DNA of 64,000 nucleotides from Octopus vulgaris (Eukaryota): positions 3,968,001-4,032,000 of the forward strand of contig OX597821.1 of assembly GCA_951406725.2 (NCBI GenBank), in the 5' to 3' direction. A program made the position numbers and the translations under genes. Under the pieces are notes generated by a model, which was given only the letters and a program-made list of their open reading frames with translations, had not been told where the DNA came from and made no database searches. Shown here one piece after another: positions 12,700-27,379 of this stretch (the stretch's first letter is position 1; the number at the start of each line of letters is the position of its first letter).

Positions 12700-13002
12700 G
12701 TAGTAGAATGAATTATCTTGTTATGGATAATTCGGTTAACCGATACCTGGGTAGCAAATTCACATCAGAGAAGACACGTTTGAAGTTACGTGCTTTCGTG
12801 TGGAAATTTGTATGTTTTTTTAAAAAATATAAATATATTAAAGAATGGAGTTGAACGACGAATTAACAAAATTCCTTTATTTTCGACATATGTTTCGAAG
12901 GCTGTATATTCCTAATTGCGAAGGAATAAGGAGTATATTATGCCGCTTTCTCATCAGGAAAAGCAAGGAACTCATGTCAACATCAAGATGCACAAAAAAC
13001 TT
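12700..13002 (-). mobile_element. PLE pseudo-LTR fragment inserted in (TA)n
   Basis: Flanked by (TA)n on both sides; contains the hammerhead below; shares the downstream aactccatt motif with the element at 56610-57510. Confidence 0.7.
12880..12962 (-). ncRNA. type I hammerhead ribozyme
   Basis: Minus strand: uuuuc-CUGAUGA-gaaagc...(uauuccu/aggaaua hairpin)...gccuuc-GAAA-cauau-GUC-gaaaa. Perfect core, 5-bp stem I, palindromic stem III (ACAUAUGU). Confidence 0.85.
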
Positions 13003-13108
13003 ATATATATATATATATATATATATAGAATAAAGAAATGCAAAAACGTATAAAATGCTTAGGTTCACGTGGACATGCATACATAACATGTGTGTGTGTG
13101 TTTGTGCG

Positions 13109-13168
<60 letters not shown>

Positions 13169-13779
13169 TGTACGTTTGAAGTGTATGATTTTTTTTTCCC
13201 TATCGTTTCAGCTCAGAGCTACGGCCATGCTGATGCACCGCCGTTGCGATCTGAAATTTCAGTCTCTCAGAATATGGAAATATGCAAATATGAAAATATC
13301 AAACCGGCGAAATGCAAAAAAGTAACGCAAAATGTGTTAATTGATACATCAATGAAGTGGTGCAAACATGAACCCGACATATTTGTTAAGATAGTTCTTC
13401 GCAGTATTATATAAGTATTAAAAAAAAACTATTACTGTAAACTCTCAATGCAGATAAGGATCTCATACAAGTATAGAAACAATAATATGTCAATAACAAC
13501 GCAGATAATAATTGATGCTATCTGAATGGAGTAAGCGACAGGTCAGCCAAATAAAATACATCATTACTGGAATAAAAGGCAAATGCCTGTGTGACGTTTA
13601 GAGGGCACGTGATAGAACATAACAAATCGTCATAATTGGAGGCGTTGGTTTATTTTGGTGGCTGTGGTGGTAGTGGTGCTGGGGGTGGGGGTGGGGTGTC
13701 GCCTGTGGTGGTGGGGGGGGGGGTTGTCGGTGCAGTGGCGGAGACAGGTACGGTGGTGGTAGAGATGGTGAGCTTCTGT

Positions 13780-13781
13780 AT

Positions 13782-13860
<79 letters not shown>

Positions 13861-13888
13861 ACTACTACTAGTACTTCTGCTACTAATG

Positions 13889-13950
<62 letters not shown>

Positions 13951-14058
13951 GTTCCTACTACTACTTCTGCGAGTACTACTACTACTGATGCAGCTACTAC
14001 CACTATTACTACTACTAATAGTAGTAGTTGTAGTAGTAGTAGTAGTAGTAGTAGTAGT
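13780..14058. repeat. compound (ACT)n-(GCT)n-(AAT)n-(ACT)n-(AGT)n microsatellite
   Basis: Direct reading. Confidence 0.95.
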
Positions 14059-14094
14059 TGATGCTACAGCTGCAAATTTTGTAATAAAGTTTCG

Positions 14095-15115
<1,021 letters not shown>

Positions 15116-15557
15116 AATCTCACTGTTCGTGTGTTTACGGTTTTATATCTGGCAGTATACATGAATTTTATAAAATCAAACAAGCATTAATATATACATA
15201 CATGCACACATACAGGGCTAGAATCTCTCCTGTGTATATACATGCATAACATACAGCCATTCAGATATTCGTGTCTACGGACATACTAAGGGTTTCCTCA
15301 CTGATTCCTCTTCAATTTTAATGAAAAAGCGTTGGTAACCCCGAGACTTCCCGCAATAGAAACGTCGAACCCGCAGCATAGAACTGAACTTGTAATCGCA
15401 AATTATGAAGCGCATTCCTTAACATAACAACTACGACTTCATTTATCTGTGTGTGCGTATGTGTGTGTATGTGTGTGTGTGTGTGTGTTTGTGCGTGTTT
15501 GCGAACGCGTGGAGTATTTCTATAAGAGTGAGCATGTATTTGTCTGTGTGGTTATAC

Positions 15558-15597
<40 letters not shown>

Positions 15598-16544
15598 CCA
15601 AATATATGTGTACAAATATATATGCGCTTGTGTGTTTGCATTTTTGTGTATGTGTTTGTGTGTATGTGTGTGCGTGTGTGTGCATGCTTTAACATACAAA
15701 ATGCCTCATACCCCATATTGCATATGCAATATGGAAATTCGATGGAAGATTTAATATAGCCATATATCCATATAGAGAGAAGTTGGAACGTATTAAGATA
15801 CATAGACACACGTGCGTGCGCGCACTCACGCAGACGCACACAGACTTACGCACACGCAGACACACAAAATTCCTAGAAACACACAAAACTCTATACGAAA
15901 GCATAGTGACGCACGCTCACACTGCACTCACTCAAATACAAGCAGAATGAAGCTAAGACAAACACACGCACATACCCAGACACACCTGCAAAAAAGCACA
16001 CACACATATACACACAACACGCGCACACTGGTAGAATCACGCACGCGCAATCGCCGGCACGTGAAGCGACGACGAGTGGATGACAGTTGCAAGAAGACGC
16101 TGATCACCAATGACAAGGGTGACGTCACCACCGCTCTGATGTCGTCGTCGGCAACAGAAATAGGCGATTGCATTGGTGTTAGCTTCAATGCAACCAACCA
16201 GCAGCCGAACCGACCAGCCAGCCCGCCTGCCAACAACCAACAACTTCTTGTTTTCCTGTCCACTATATGTGATGGCAGTAATCGTGGTGGTGCTCTTAGA
16301 GCGGTGGCGATGAAGGCGTGTTAGATTCTGAATCAAGGAGACGGCGTGTACGTTATTCTCCTAACTAAAAATACAGAAATATTAAGATAAAATTTCCCAA
16401 GTCTCTGTTTGCATTCCAAAGTGAAGTAATTCTTCATATATACACACATTCGCTCAATACATAATTTTAAAATGTCGTCCGTGTCATTTTTCTCAAATTC
16501 TTTCTATCAATCACAATATTCTGTCTCCCACTTTCCCGCTTCTT

Positions 16545-16910
16545 AATGTCTTTTCATGTTATGTTCTCCACATCATTCCTATTCTCTCCTCCCTTTCTTT
16601 CTCTATCTCCGTCTCTCTCTCTCTCTATCTCTATATCATATTCTCTTTCCTTTCTTCCCTCTCCCTCATCATTCTCCTCTGTCTATTTATCTATTTCCCT
16701 CTATCTCTCCCTCCCCAAATCTTTCTCCAAATCTATCCCTATCTATCTAGCACACACTCCCTCACCCTCTACTGTTCTCTCCTTCTCTCTCTGTATTTAT
16801 TTCACTCTCTTCTCTCTCCTTCTCTCTCATTTTGTTCTATTTCTTTTATTCTTTCCACCTTCCTATCTTACTTTTACCCTATCTTTCCCGTTCCCTCTTT
16901 TTCTAATTTA
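16545..16910. repeat. CT-rich polypyrimidine low-complexity tract
   Basis: Direct reading. Confidence 0.85.
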
Positions 16911-17019
16911 GTACAACCTTGTGCGTGTATTGAAATCCATGGCTATGCCCATATGCGCGCGCACTTGTGTGTGTATGTATTTGCGGCCGTGTTCATCCAG
17001 ATATTATTATATACTCATC

Positions 17020-17422
17020 CGAAAGCGGCGAACTGGCAGAATCGTTAGCACGCCGGGTGATATGGTGAATGGTATTTCCTCTGTCACTACGTTGTGAGTT
17101 CGAATTCCACCGAGGTCGACTTTGCCATTCATCCATTCGGTGTCGATAAATTAAGTACCAGTTACGCACTGAGGTTGATATATTCGACTTAATCCGTTTG
17201 TCTGTCCTTGTTTGCCCTCTCTGTGTCTAGACCCTTGTGGGTAGTAAGGTAATAGGTATTTCGTCTGCCGCTACATTGTGAGTTCGAACTTCGCCGAGGT
17301 CGACTTTGCCTTTCATCATTTCGAGTTCGATAAATTAAGTACCAGTGAAACACTAAGATCGATGGAACCGACTAACCCCCCCACGACAAAGGTCAGGCCT
17401 TGTACCTTTAGTAGAAAGGATT
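17020..17422 (+). mobile_element. SINE family C (head + long unit + short unit)
   Basis: gcggcgaactggcagaatcgttagcacgccggg head, then two copies of gagttcgaa..gaggtcgactttgcc.ttcatc..ttcg..gtcgataaattaagtaccag. Confidence 0.8.
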
Positions 17423-17578
17423 AGATACTAATACATAAACAGACAAATACAATTCCACGCAGGGTCTCCATACAACCATAACGGTAAAAAATGTGTAGGA
17501 AAGGAAACTTGTATTTATACTTGTCTCACACATATGCGCATGAGTGTGTGTGTGTGTGTGTGTGTGTGCATTGTGTGT

Positions 17579-17622
<44 letters not shown>

Positions 17623-17749
17623 TGAGTCAAATGCCATGAAGAATAAAAATATAGTTGGTGTAACATCAGAGATTACCAGATTATGGCCACGGAACCCAGT
17701 ACGATGCCATTCTTCTTTACTCAGTTACTTCGAGCCTTAATGTGTGTGG

Positions 17750-17784
<35 letters not shown>

Positions 17785-17904
17785 AAATTCTTATCTTATG
17801 AGAATTAAACTGCCTTTATATACTAACCGCTGAAAAATCTCTTTTGAGTACCTAACATTGAATAAACCGCTAAAAGTTTGGAGAAATCACTTACTAATTA
17901 CAAC

Positions 17905-17952
<48 letters not shown>

Positions 17953-20192
17953 TCATATTTTATTGAGGATAAACGTTACAACATTCCTTGTGTAATTAAT
18001 GAGATTTTGAAGTAACATTTTATTAATCTAGTAATGAACCTACGTTGTCACATATGACAGCAATTCACACACGTCTTAAAAATTATTCTTATTGATAATT
18101 TAGGAAAAGGAATGAAGCAACAAATCTATGAATTTACAGGTCCAATTAGTCGCTCAAATAAAGATGGTATTCCTGACAATTTTCCTTTAAAATTCCCTAA
18201 AAGAGGTTGAGCGCATGGTTGTATGTATTTGTTTGACGACCGATCTCGGTGATGAAATTAAGCAAGGCATAAACATTGAGTTCAGATTTAGCCGGATACA
18301 ACTTCTGAGTTTGTGTGTGCGTGTGCATGAGTGATACGCAGATTTGCGCATTTTAAATGTTGTGAGAGGCCACGATTGTGCAAATTATGTAAAAAAGAAA
18401 GTTGTCCGTGAAAGAGTCTTACTATTTAAATATGTATTGCTTGTGAGCTAGAATTTCGTTACGAATAAATCTTAACTGATGTAATGAGCATGAAAAGATC
18501 CTATTTATTTATCTATCTAATTTATTTTGAGCGGCAGACATTTTATTATGCATTAAAAGAGAGACTAATACACCACACCTTATTTTGCCTGTTAAGAGAG
18601 GTATATTTCGAAATATTTGAATGCCTGCGAGTAGTGGATATATTTGGCACAAATTGGTGGGTTTTGAAGGTTCAAAGAATTTTACCCCGCATTTTGTTTT
18701 GCGATTCAGCTTCTCTAAACACAAACTGTTTCTAAATTATTTGTATGATAAAATTTCTGCAAATGGACTACTTATAAAATACTCAAAACTCAGGAATATT
18801 CACACTTGTGACTATTTCGCCACAGAATGACTTGCAGAGAAGAGTTAACATGAAGAATTTTGGCGTTCTTTGATGTTCATCAAATGTGATTTTCAAACTG
18901 TGTTAGTATTAGATTTGTGTAGATTGTATGACACTACTGTATCCAATGTTTTGTGGAATCTTAAAATCATCGAGAACCACAACGTATACCAGGACTGTGA
19001 CGAATGTTACTTTTCCTGCTACTGATACTATGAAAGCACTGCAAATGAGATATTTCAGTAATACATACCCATCATATATGCGTTGCTTAAAATTCTATTC
19101 CACAGTTTCTCCAACATTTCACTGGAAATGACTTTTGGATATAACCTATCTTAAGTGTTTACTGTGTTTTATACTGTAATATTCTCTAAAATTATTCTGT
19201 CTTGTGGTAATCATCGTAATCAACACTCTCTTAGAATAGTTTTATATATCTTCAAATATTTGTTCTCAAATTATTAGAACAAAGAGGAAGACCAGCATTT
19301 ATGAAATTTCTTAGATTCCCTAGTCTTGTGTGATAAAGGACAGAATGAAAGTTTTATTTGTAGAGTATTATAAAACCGGGACGAGCTTCCTGTTGAATGC
19401 GAAGACGGTTAATGTCGTAACCTAAATACCGGGGTCCGTTTTTGCTCGGTCTCCAGCATACAAACAGGATATGCTGTGTGGTGTGCGCAGTGTTTCCCTT
19501 CATTAATTCGTTTTCTTTATACTCACAAGATTTCTGTTTATTACATATGAGAACAGAAAACATATGCCTATGTTGCTGTGCACAGGAAGCAAAAACGATG
19601 CGAACATGTTTTCTGATTTACACAGGTATTTCTCTGTTTTTTACTCTTGCTGTCTAAACCCAAATCAAACTTGAATATGGAAGACCGTTAGCAAAGTAAT
19701 TCGCATCATGAGCATCCGTTTCTTCTTGGTATATCTATGGTATTTTACGTGATGTTCGTTTGTCGAAAGCAGTAGAGATTGTTTTTTTTTTTTTCTAAGT
19801 ATTACTAATATTTATGTTGCTGTTGGTATTTTGCAATACATCAGTTACTGTAGAAGATCAAAAATTCGCTAGTACTTTAACAGAAACAGAGATATAGATA
19901 CAATCTAGTGATTGCAGATGTTCTATGTCTGTTTGAATCATAATCATGATACATACTTTTTGTGGAATTCAATGCCCTGTTATGTAAATCAAACAAAATA
20001 TATTACATTAATTTCATAATGCAACGGGCAGCAGCTTATACGTATTCTGCTACCGTTGCAATCTCAAAAACATGGGGCAATATTTTTATTTACCTATCAA
20101 TCTGTCTATCACTCTGTGAGTGCTTTTACGCATCTATGTCTACACCCACCTACACCCACCTACATACGTATATATATATTTATATATATATT

Positions 20193-20225
<33 letters not shown>

Positions 20226-20278
20226 CAGTAGTAGTAGTAGTAGTAGTAATAGTAGTAGTAGTGGTGGTGGTGGTGGTG

Positions 20279-20346
<68 letters not shown>

Positions 20347-20353
20347 GGTGGTG

Positions 20354-20415
<62 letters not shown>

Positions 20416-20437
20416 TGCAGCAGTAGCAGTAGCAGCA
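20193..20437. repeat. (AGT)n/(GGT)n alternating microsatellite
   Basis: Direct reading. Confidence 0.95.
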
Positions 20438-21294
20438 ACATCTTCAACAATATCTACATTTTAATGAGATATTTTTTCAACCAGTCGATTCGGATTTATA
20501 ATTAAATACTATAAAACGGAACTGACTATTTTTTTTTTTGTTAAACTAATGTCTTTTACGTGTGATAGATATTTCATGAAAATTATGAAGTGGGTGTTAT
20601 ATCAGACGGAATAGGAGAAGAAACAAATTGCACAGTTAAGAGAGTAAGCGCTGGAAAGACAGAGTATATTTATGAGGTACGTGTTTAAAAGTGTATTCTA
20701 ATTGTAGTGCATATGAGAAAGTGATTGTGCGTAGAACGGAAGTGAGAAATAAATTGTAAGTAATGAGTAATAAAAGAAAGAAAATAAAAAAGGGAAAATA
20801 TCTATAGTGAAACAGGAAGTGACATACATTGACAATAGCGTGGAAGCAATTGATCGACTCTTCAAAAATAAAAGTTTAAAAAATAGTATAACATAACAAA
20901 GCTATAAGTTAAAATCTTCACTGCAGGCAAATTCAAGTTCATTTCCTAGTTATGACAAAAGATTGGGTTCATTGTGTTTTTACTGTTTTCATTTTCCTGC
21001 TCAGAATATTTCAAGAATACTTAACTATAAATGAAGAGAGAACGAGACGAGAGAGACGTTTTTCTTTTTCTTTTGGTATCTGTAAATAGAAAGAATGTAC
21101 TGTATAGATTAATATGAAGGAAAATGTGAAGCGCTGACAAAAAATTAGAATGAAAAGGAGAAGAAGGAAAGGAGAAAACAAATGTGAAGAAGAGAGAGAT
21201 GTATTATTGATATAGTACGGTGAAAACGACTGATCATTGTTTAAATATATACATATGTGTGCACGCGTGTGTGCGTGTGAAACACCTGATCATA

Positions 21295-21331
<37 letters not shown>

Positions 21332-21355
21332 TAGATAGATAGATAGATATATAGG

Positions 21356-21397
<42 letters not shown>

Positions 21398-21398
21398 T

Positions 21399-21428
<30 letters not shown>

Positions 21429-21432
<4 letters not shown>

Positions 21433-21609
21433 CGCTAGCCACTACACATTCTTTACTTTCTCTCCTTGTTTCTTTCTGTGTTCGCTTATGTGGAAGTGCG
21501 TAGGCTCGAAATGTTATAGACTCTTTCATTTCCCGAGCGTTAAACTAATACATATGTTTGTTGTCTACACCACCTGCCTTGGTTTTTTTTTTTTTGAGAA
21601 TTCTTCCCC

Positions 21610-21610
<1 letters not shown>
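21429..21610 (+). mobile_element. short PLE pseudo-LTR-like repeat (copy 3)
   Basis: gatcgctagccactacacatt...tgtggaagtgcgtaggctcgaaatgtta; lies between (TAGA)n and (TA)n. Confidence 0.65.
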
Positions 21611-21643
<33 letters not shown>

Positions 21644-23123
21644 GACACTAACACACTCAGACTGATTTTGGTGAAACAGCTTGAAATATACATAGAAATT
21701 AATCTTCTTAATATGAATTTTTTGTCGATAGACAAATGAGTAGGATGCAGTTTACAAGCTAATTACAATTGCAGCAATGGACGTTTGGAAAACAAATAAC
21801 CGCTACAAAGCTAGGGAAAAACAGAATGCATTTATACCACCTACAACCAGTCATGAGCCAAAAACAATCAAAGTTAATGGGGTGAGTGACATCTAATCTC
21901 GCCAATACTTTCAGTAGAGAAGTATTTTGCCTCTGATCACAGAATCACAAATCATTTAAGAAGAATTCTCTAAATGGTGAGCAGACGATCATATCATCCA
22001 GTCTCGAAAAGTCATAACCAATACATGTTTTCTGAAGTAAATTTTATTCTAGGAACTGATTCAATATACTTATATTTTAGAGGTAATTGCCCTAAATTCT
22101 TCTGCCACGTTAGGCTCTGGATTTAAATGCTCAATATCATTTCGGATCGATCAGATGAAGTCCCAGTCCAGAAATACGTCCGAATATACCCACTAACATT
22201 CTCCTCCTAGAAATACTTGCCTTCTAAAATATGAAAGAATAATTCTCATTATTGGCAAGGTGAATGACTTAGCGATGGGCAAATTTTTTGCAGCATTTAT
22301 TCTAGCTCATTCTATTCCGATTTCTGTTCACTCCGAAGTCAACCTCCCGTCATCCTTCTACGAAGAAACATATACAGGGGCAGTCGAGTACTAGGACCAT
22401 TAGTATGGACTATTCTTCTCTTGGCTAAATTACTGTACTTATGCCTAATAAATATTATTGTTACTTATGTTGCCAATGTTCAACAAGTTGAATAATTAAC
22501 TAACTAATTGATTTTGTTGTATTTCTGGGTGGTCATGCTCCCCCACACACATGCACACACACATAAACACAACAACTGAAAGCGCCGCTGAAGGTGTCAC
22601 AAATGTGTGACGAAAGAATTCCGCATAATAGTCAAGAGTTAAAGTAAAAATAAGAACAGTAAGAAACGAGTAAAGTATGAATATATAGTTCGTGTGTTTA
22701 TTTGGCAGGAAAAAAATGACCTTCTTGAAATATAATGTTTGTTTCAACACGCGGATTCACATCAGGAATCTTACAACACAAATTCATAAACGTAACTAAT
22801 CTAGTGTTAGAAGAATAATTTCATAATCAAGTGGTTCGTTTGTTATAGCGGTTTCCACACAATTTGCAACGTTATAGATGGTGTGACCACGTCTGAAATG
22901 GTCATGCAGACCGAAGTATCTACGAATTGAATATTTCGTGTTCAGTAACATAGTGTGGACAACAGAGTGTCTGTGCCAGAATCGGTACAGTGCTGGTCAA
23001 TAAGTTTAGAGACACTACTTCTCACCCTTTATAAACCATTTATATACTGTGGATTTATATATAAAAACTTACTTGGAAATGGAAGTGTGACGTTCAGTCA
23101 TCTAATAATATATAAAATATATG

Positions 23124-23189
<66 letters not shown>

Positions 23190-23229
23190 CATATATATGT
23201 ATATATACATGCATATATGTACATACATA

Positions 23230-23333
<104 letters not shown>

Positions 23334-23369
23334 CATATATATATGCATATATATTTATAATAAATAAAT

Positions 23370-23620
23370 AAATGCGCCCTTTTAAAGCGTAGGTAGGCTC
23401 ATGGACCCTGTTTCCCGGTTTCTATGGCGTATGTCTTTTCCAGCTGGACAGGACGCTAGTCCATCGCAGCGATACTAATTTCTACCAGCTGAGTGGACTG
23501 GAGCAACGTGAAATGAGTGTATTTTGCTCAATACTGCAATGCGTCGCCTGGTCCAGGAATAGTAACCATAATCTTACAATCATGATGCTGACACACTAAC
23601 CACTAAGCCACGCGCCTCCA
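23370..23620 (-). mobile_element. tRNA-derived SINE family B, near full length
   Basis: Minus strand: gaggcgcgtggcttagtggttag A box, gcgatggactagcgtcctgtccag block, acgccatagaaaccgggaaac tail; homologous to 54285-54532. Confidence 0.8.
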
Positions 23621-23715
23621 CATATATATATATATATATACATACATATATATATACGTATATATATGTATGCGTATATATATATATATATATATATATA
23701 CATGCACATACATAC

Positions 23716-23757
<42 letters not shown>

Positions 23758-23803
23758 GTATATATATGTATGCGTATATATATATATACATGCACATACA
23801 TAC

Positions 23804-23861
<58 letters not shown>

Positions 23862-23862
23862 G
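23621..23862. repeat. (TA)n-based minisatellite with two units
   Basis: acgtatatatatgtatgcgtat...catgcacatacatacagata occurs twice. Confidence 0.9.
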
Positions 23863-24396
23863 GCAAACAGGGAATATATGGCATGGCACTTCATGAATAT
23901 ATGAATATCTCGTGACCGAATCACATCCTTCTAAATGGACCAGTCACAGCTTTGTGTCACCAATATGGCGTATACATTGCACTTGCATAATATGTCTGGC
24001 GTTCTTTTTTGTATAGAGAGGACAATCAGCATTGCACATAAGACCTAGATAAGTTAACCTCTACAACGTGCGATCGATATTGAATTCTTTATCATTTGAC
24101 ATGATCAAACTTCTATGCATTCAGTAGGTAGCTTGAAGTAATAGTCAGAAACATTTGTGAATGAATGTATTTGAACATTTGACAAAATTGCATAGAAGAA
24201 CGCGAAAAAGCGATTTTTTTTTATAGACATGCCTTTCTGTAAACACGCCATTTCCCAATCAAATTTAGGTAAGCAGTCACAAACATACACACTCCACAGT
24301 CTTACTCACGCAGAGACACACAAACACACCGCGTGTAGGTACAAAATCACAATCACAATCAAGAAGAAACTTACATACGCGTGTGCATGTGTGTGT

Positions 24397-24477
<81 letters not shown>

Positions 24478-24648
24478 TACAGGCAGACAGACAGTTAGAT
24501 AAATGGACAGATAGAGACATATATACATATATAGACATACATGCTCATATATATATATATATATATAATATATACATGCATATATATAAAGACAGACAGT
24601 TAGATAGTTGGACAGATAGAGACATATATACATATATAGACATACATG

Positions 24649-24687
<39 letters not shown>

Positions 24688-24874
24688 GCATATATATATA
24701 TATATATATATACGTATATTTACATATATATATGAGTATATAAATACAAAAATATGTATGTTTGTGTGTGTGAGCATGTGTATATATATTTGTCTTTGTG
24801 TGTGAATATATTTATTTATGCATGTCTACGTATATGTAGGTATACATATGCAAACATGCATATATAAATATATT

Positions 24875-24918
<44 letters not shown>

Positions 24919-26250
24919 CTCATACACTTATATATATATATACATATATATAGACTCACACACACACACACACATATACATATGAGTGTATATGCATACA
25001 GTCTCATCTACATACATATATTTATAAGCTATACGCCCACAAGCACATATGTATGTATGTGGATGCATTGCTTATACTTAAGGATTTCTGTTTCTGTATA
25101 GGAAGTTCATCTGTACAAAGTATTATGCCTCGAGCTTTGTATATCCTCGTTGTATGGAATACATTTTATTTTTTATTCTATTAAACCAACAGCTCTATCG
25201 GAAAGGCTTTTCTCTTTGAATTTGATGTCACAGGTTTCCTCTCCATATTTGAGTCTTCATATTATGATCACGTTTTTCACACAAATCTGTTAACGTAAGT
25301 AGTTAGAGTCAACCCAAGGAGCGAGGCTTGTGGGTGGTGTCTTGTAGGAACCGCTGTTTTTATTGTAAATTCTAACAAAGAGAGAATAAATTAATCGCGC
25401 TCTCCAAGAATAATAATAAGATATTATCAGTTTCAAGGGGACCACATAGATGGGTCTGCCAAGAACAACCCGTAATTAAAAGCTGAAGGAATATATTTGA
25501 AGTTTGTAGAATGCTTTCCTCGATATTTCTAATACCAGACCTCAATGATCACGAAGTCACCCTAGTAATCTACGTCGTTACATCCACAATGATGAGAGCA
25601 ATAAAATCAAGGATTCGGAAGCAATGAGAGTCGAAACGTGGGGTGAGTTCATTGATTTAGGATTGAGAAGATGATATCAAGCTGCCTGTTGTTTAAGTGA
25701 ATTGCAATTTGGTGTAGTACAACTCGGAGAGGAACCCGGATTATGGGGCAGGACTATCATTGTCATACACATACAGACATACGCGCGCATATATTAATTT
25801 TAATAACTGGGCGAGAATATTTGCATATGTCTCGAACTAAATTCCTACTCTGTTAGTGTACATGTCATATACATGGACCGCAGAGCCTTCACATGAACAG
25901 ATTTTTAATTATCCGTCTCTTTATTTGTGAACACGTGAAAATCAGTCTAGCTATCGTTCACGAAGCAGAGACATGCTAACCTACTGCATATTTAATCGAT
26001 TTTCAATTCTCGACCTTAGAACTTGCACAACTTCAGAAGTGTGTCTACATTAGCTGTCGTTGTCAGAAACACATGCTTTGATTCAGATTTGGCTCAAGAG
26101 AGAAAATCTATACTCAGATAAAGGTGACAGTCATTCTTCAGCGAACACACACATATATATACACATTTAAACATTCATAGCCTCACACATGTATCTACAC
26201 ACAGAGAATTAGGGGGCGCGTGAAAACATATTGCTTCTTGTATATGTGTT

Positions 26251-26302
<52 letters not shown>

Positions 26303-26529
26303 TATATACAGATATATGAATGTATATGTATACAAATGTGTGTAAGTATATGCATACGTATATGTATGAATCTATGTATGTATGTATGCTAGTGCATATG
26401 TGTTTCCATGCGTGCGAGCGTATGTATGTGTGTATAAAGTGGTTTAATCTAATATCGTGCGCTAAACCACGTCTTGTATCTTGGTAAGACGATTTACTCA
26501 ATAGAACACATGTGATTATATCTTACATT

Positions 26530-27350
26530 TCGATAGCATTTCGGTCAAAATGCTAAACAGCATCTTTTCCGGCTCTTTACGTTCTGATGTCAAAATCTGC
26601 CGGGTTGTATATTACATTTCTATTTTTGGGGTCGGTAAATTGGAATACCTGCGAAGTACTGGGGTCGATGTAATCGGTTAACCACCTTCCTTCAAAAGGG
26701 TTGCTTTTGTCACGAAATTTGACGTTAATGTGTCAAGTAATTTGCTTGGCAACATTTCTTCCGACCTCATGTTCTAAGTTCAAATTACACCTAGGTCGAC
26801 TTTGCCTTCCATACTTTCATAATTGCTAAAGTAAGTACTGTTTGAACCCTGAGAACGGTGAAGACGATTGGACCCCCTCCCCTATAATACTTTATCGCAC
26901 GCCAAAATTTGATGATAAAGGCGTCGAGCTGGTCGAATAGTTAGCACGCTGGACGGCATGCTTAGTGGCGCTTCGCTTGTCGCTCCATTCTGAGTTCAAA
27001 TTCCGCCGAGGTCAACCTTGCCTTTCATCCTTTTGGGGTCGATGAAATAAGCACCAGTCAAGTGCATGTGTTGATGCAATCGATTAGTCTCCTTCCCCAG
27101 ATTTCAGGCCCTGTGCCTTTAGTAGAAAGGATTATAAATACAGGGGGATGACAAAATTGTTAGCAGCACGAACAAAATGCTTAACAGCATTTCTTCTCGC
27201 TTTACATTCCAAAGTCGAATTACACCAAGGACTTTGTTGTCTTTAGTCATTTCACAGTCAATATAATAAGTACCTAGATCGGGGTCGATATTACAGAATA
27301 GTTCGCTATCCTTAAAAATCCAGGCCAGGTGCCTATAACAGAAAGAATTA
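26530..27350 (+). mobile_element. tandem cluster of about five diverged SINE family C copies
   Basis: Repeated ttct(g/a)a(g)ttcaaa...gtcga...agtac...ggggtcgat units. Confidence 0.75.
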
Positions 27351-27379
27351 TTATTACCAATATCTCTGATTTTCATTTT

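Noticed and set aside
15812-16324. 170-aa ORF over the GC-rich island
   Set aside because: The first half is CA-repeat derived and the rest has no recognisable domain.
18621-19320. Long plus-strand frame with few stops
   Set aside because: No recognisable motif and several stops; cannot be assigned without a search.
25588-25640. tgatgagagc...gagtcgaaacgt hammerhead-like string
   Set aside because: C3 is missing and stems I and II do not pair convincingly.
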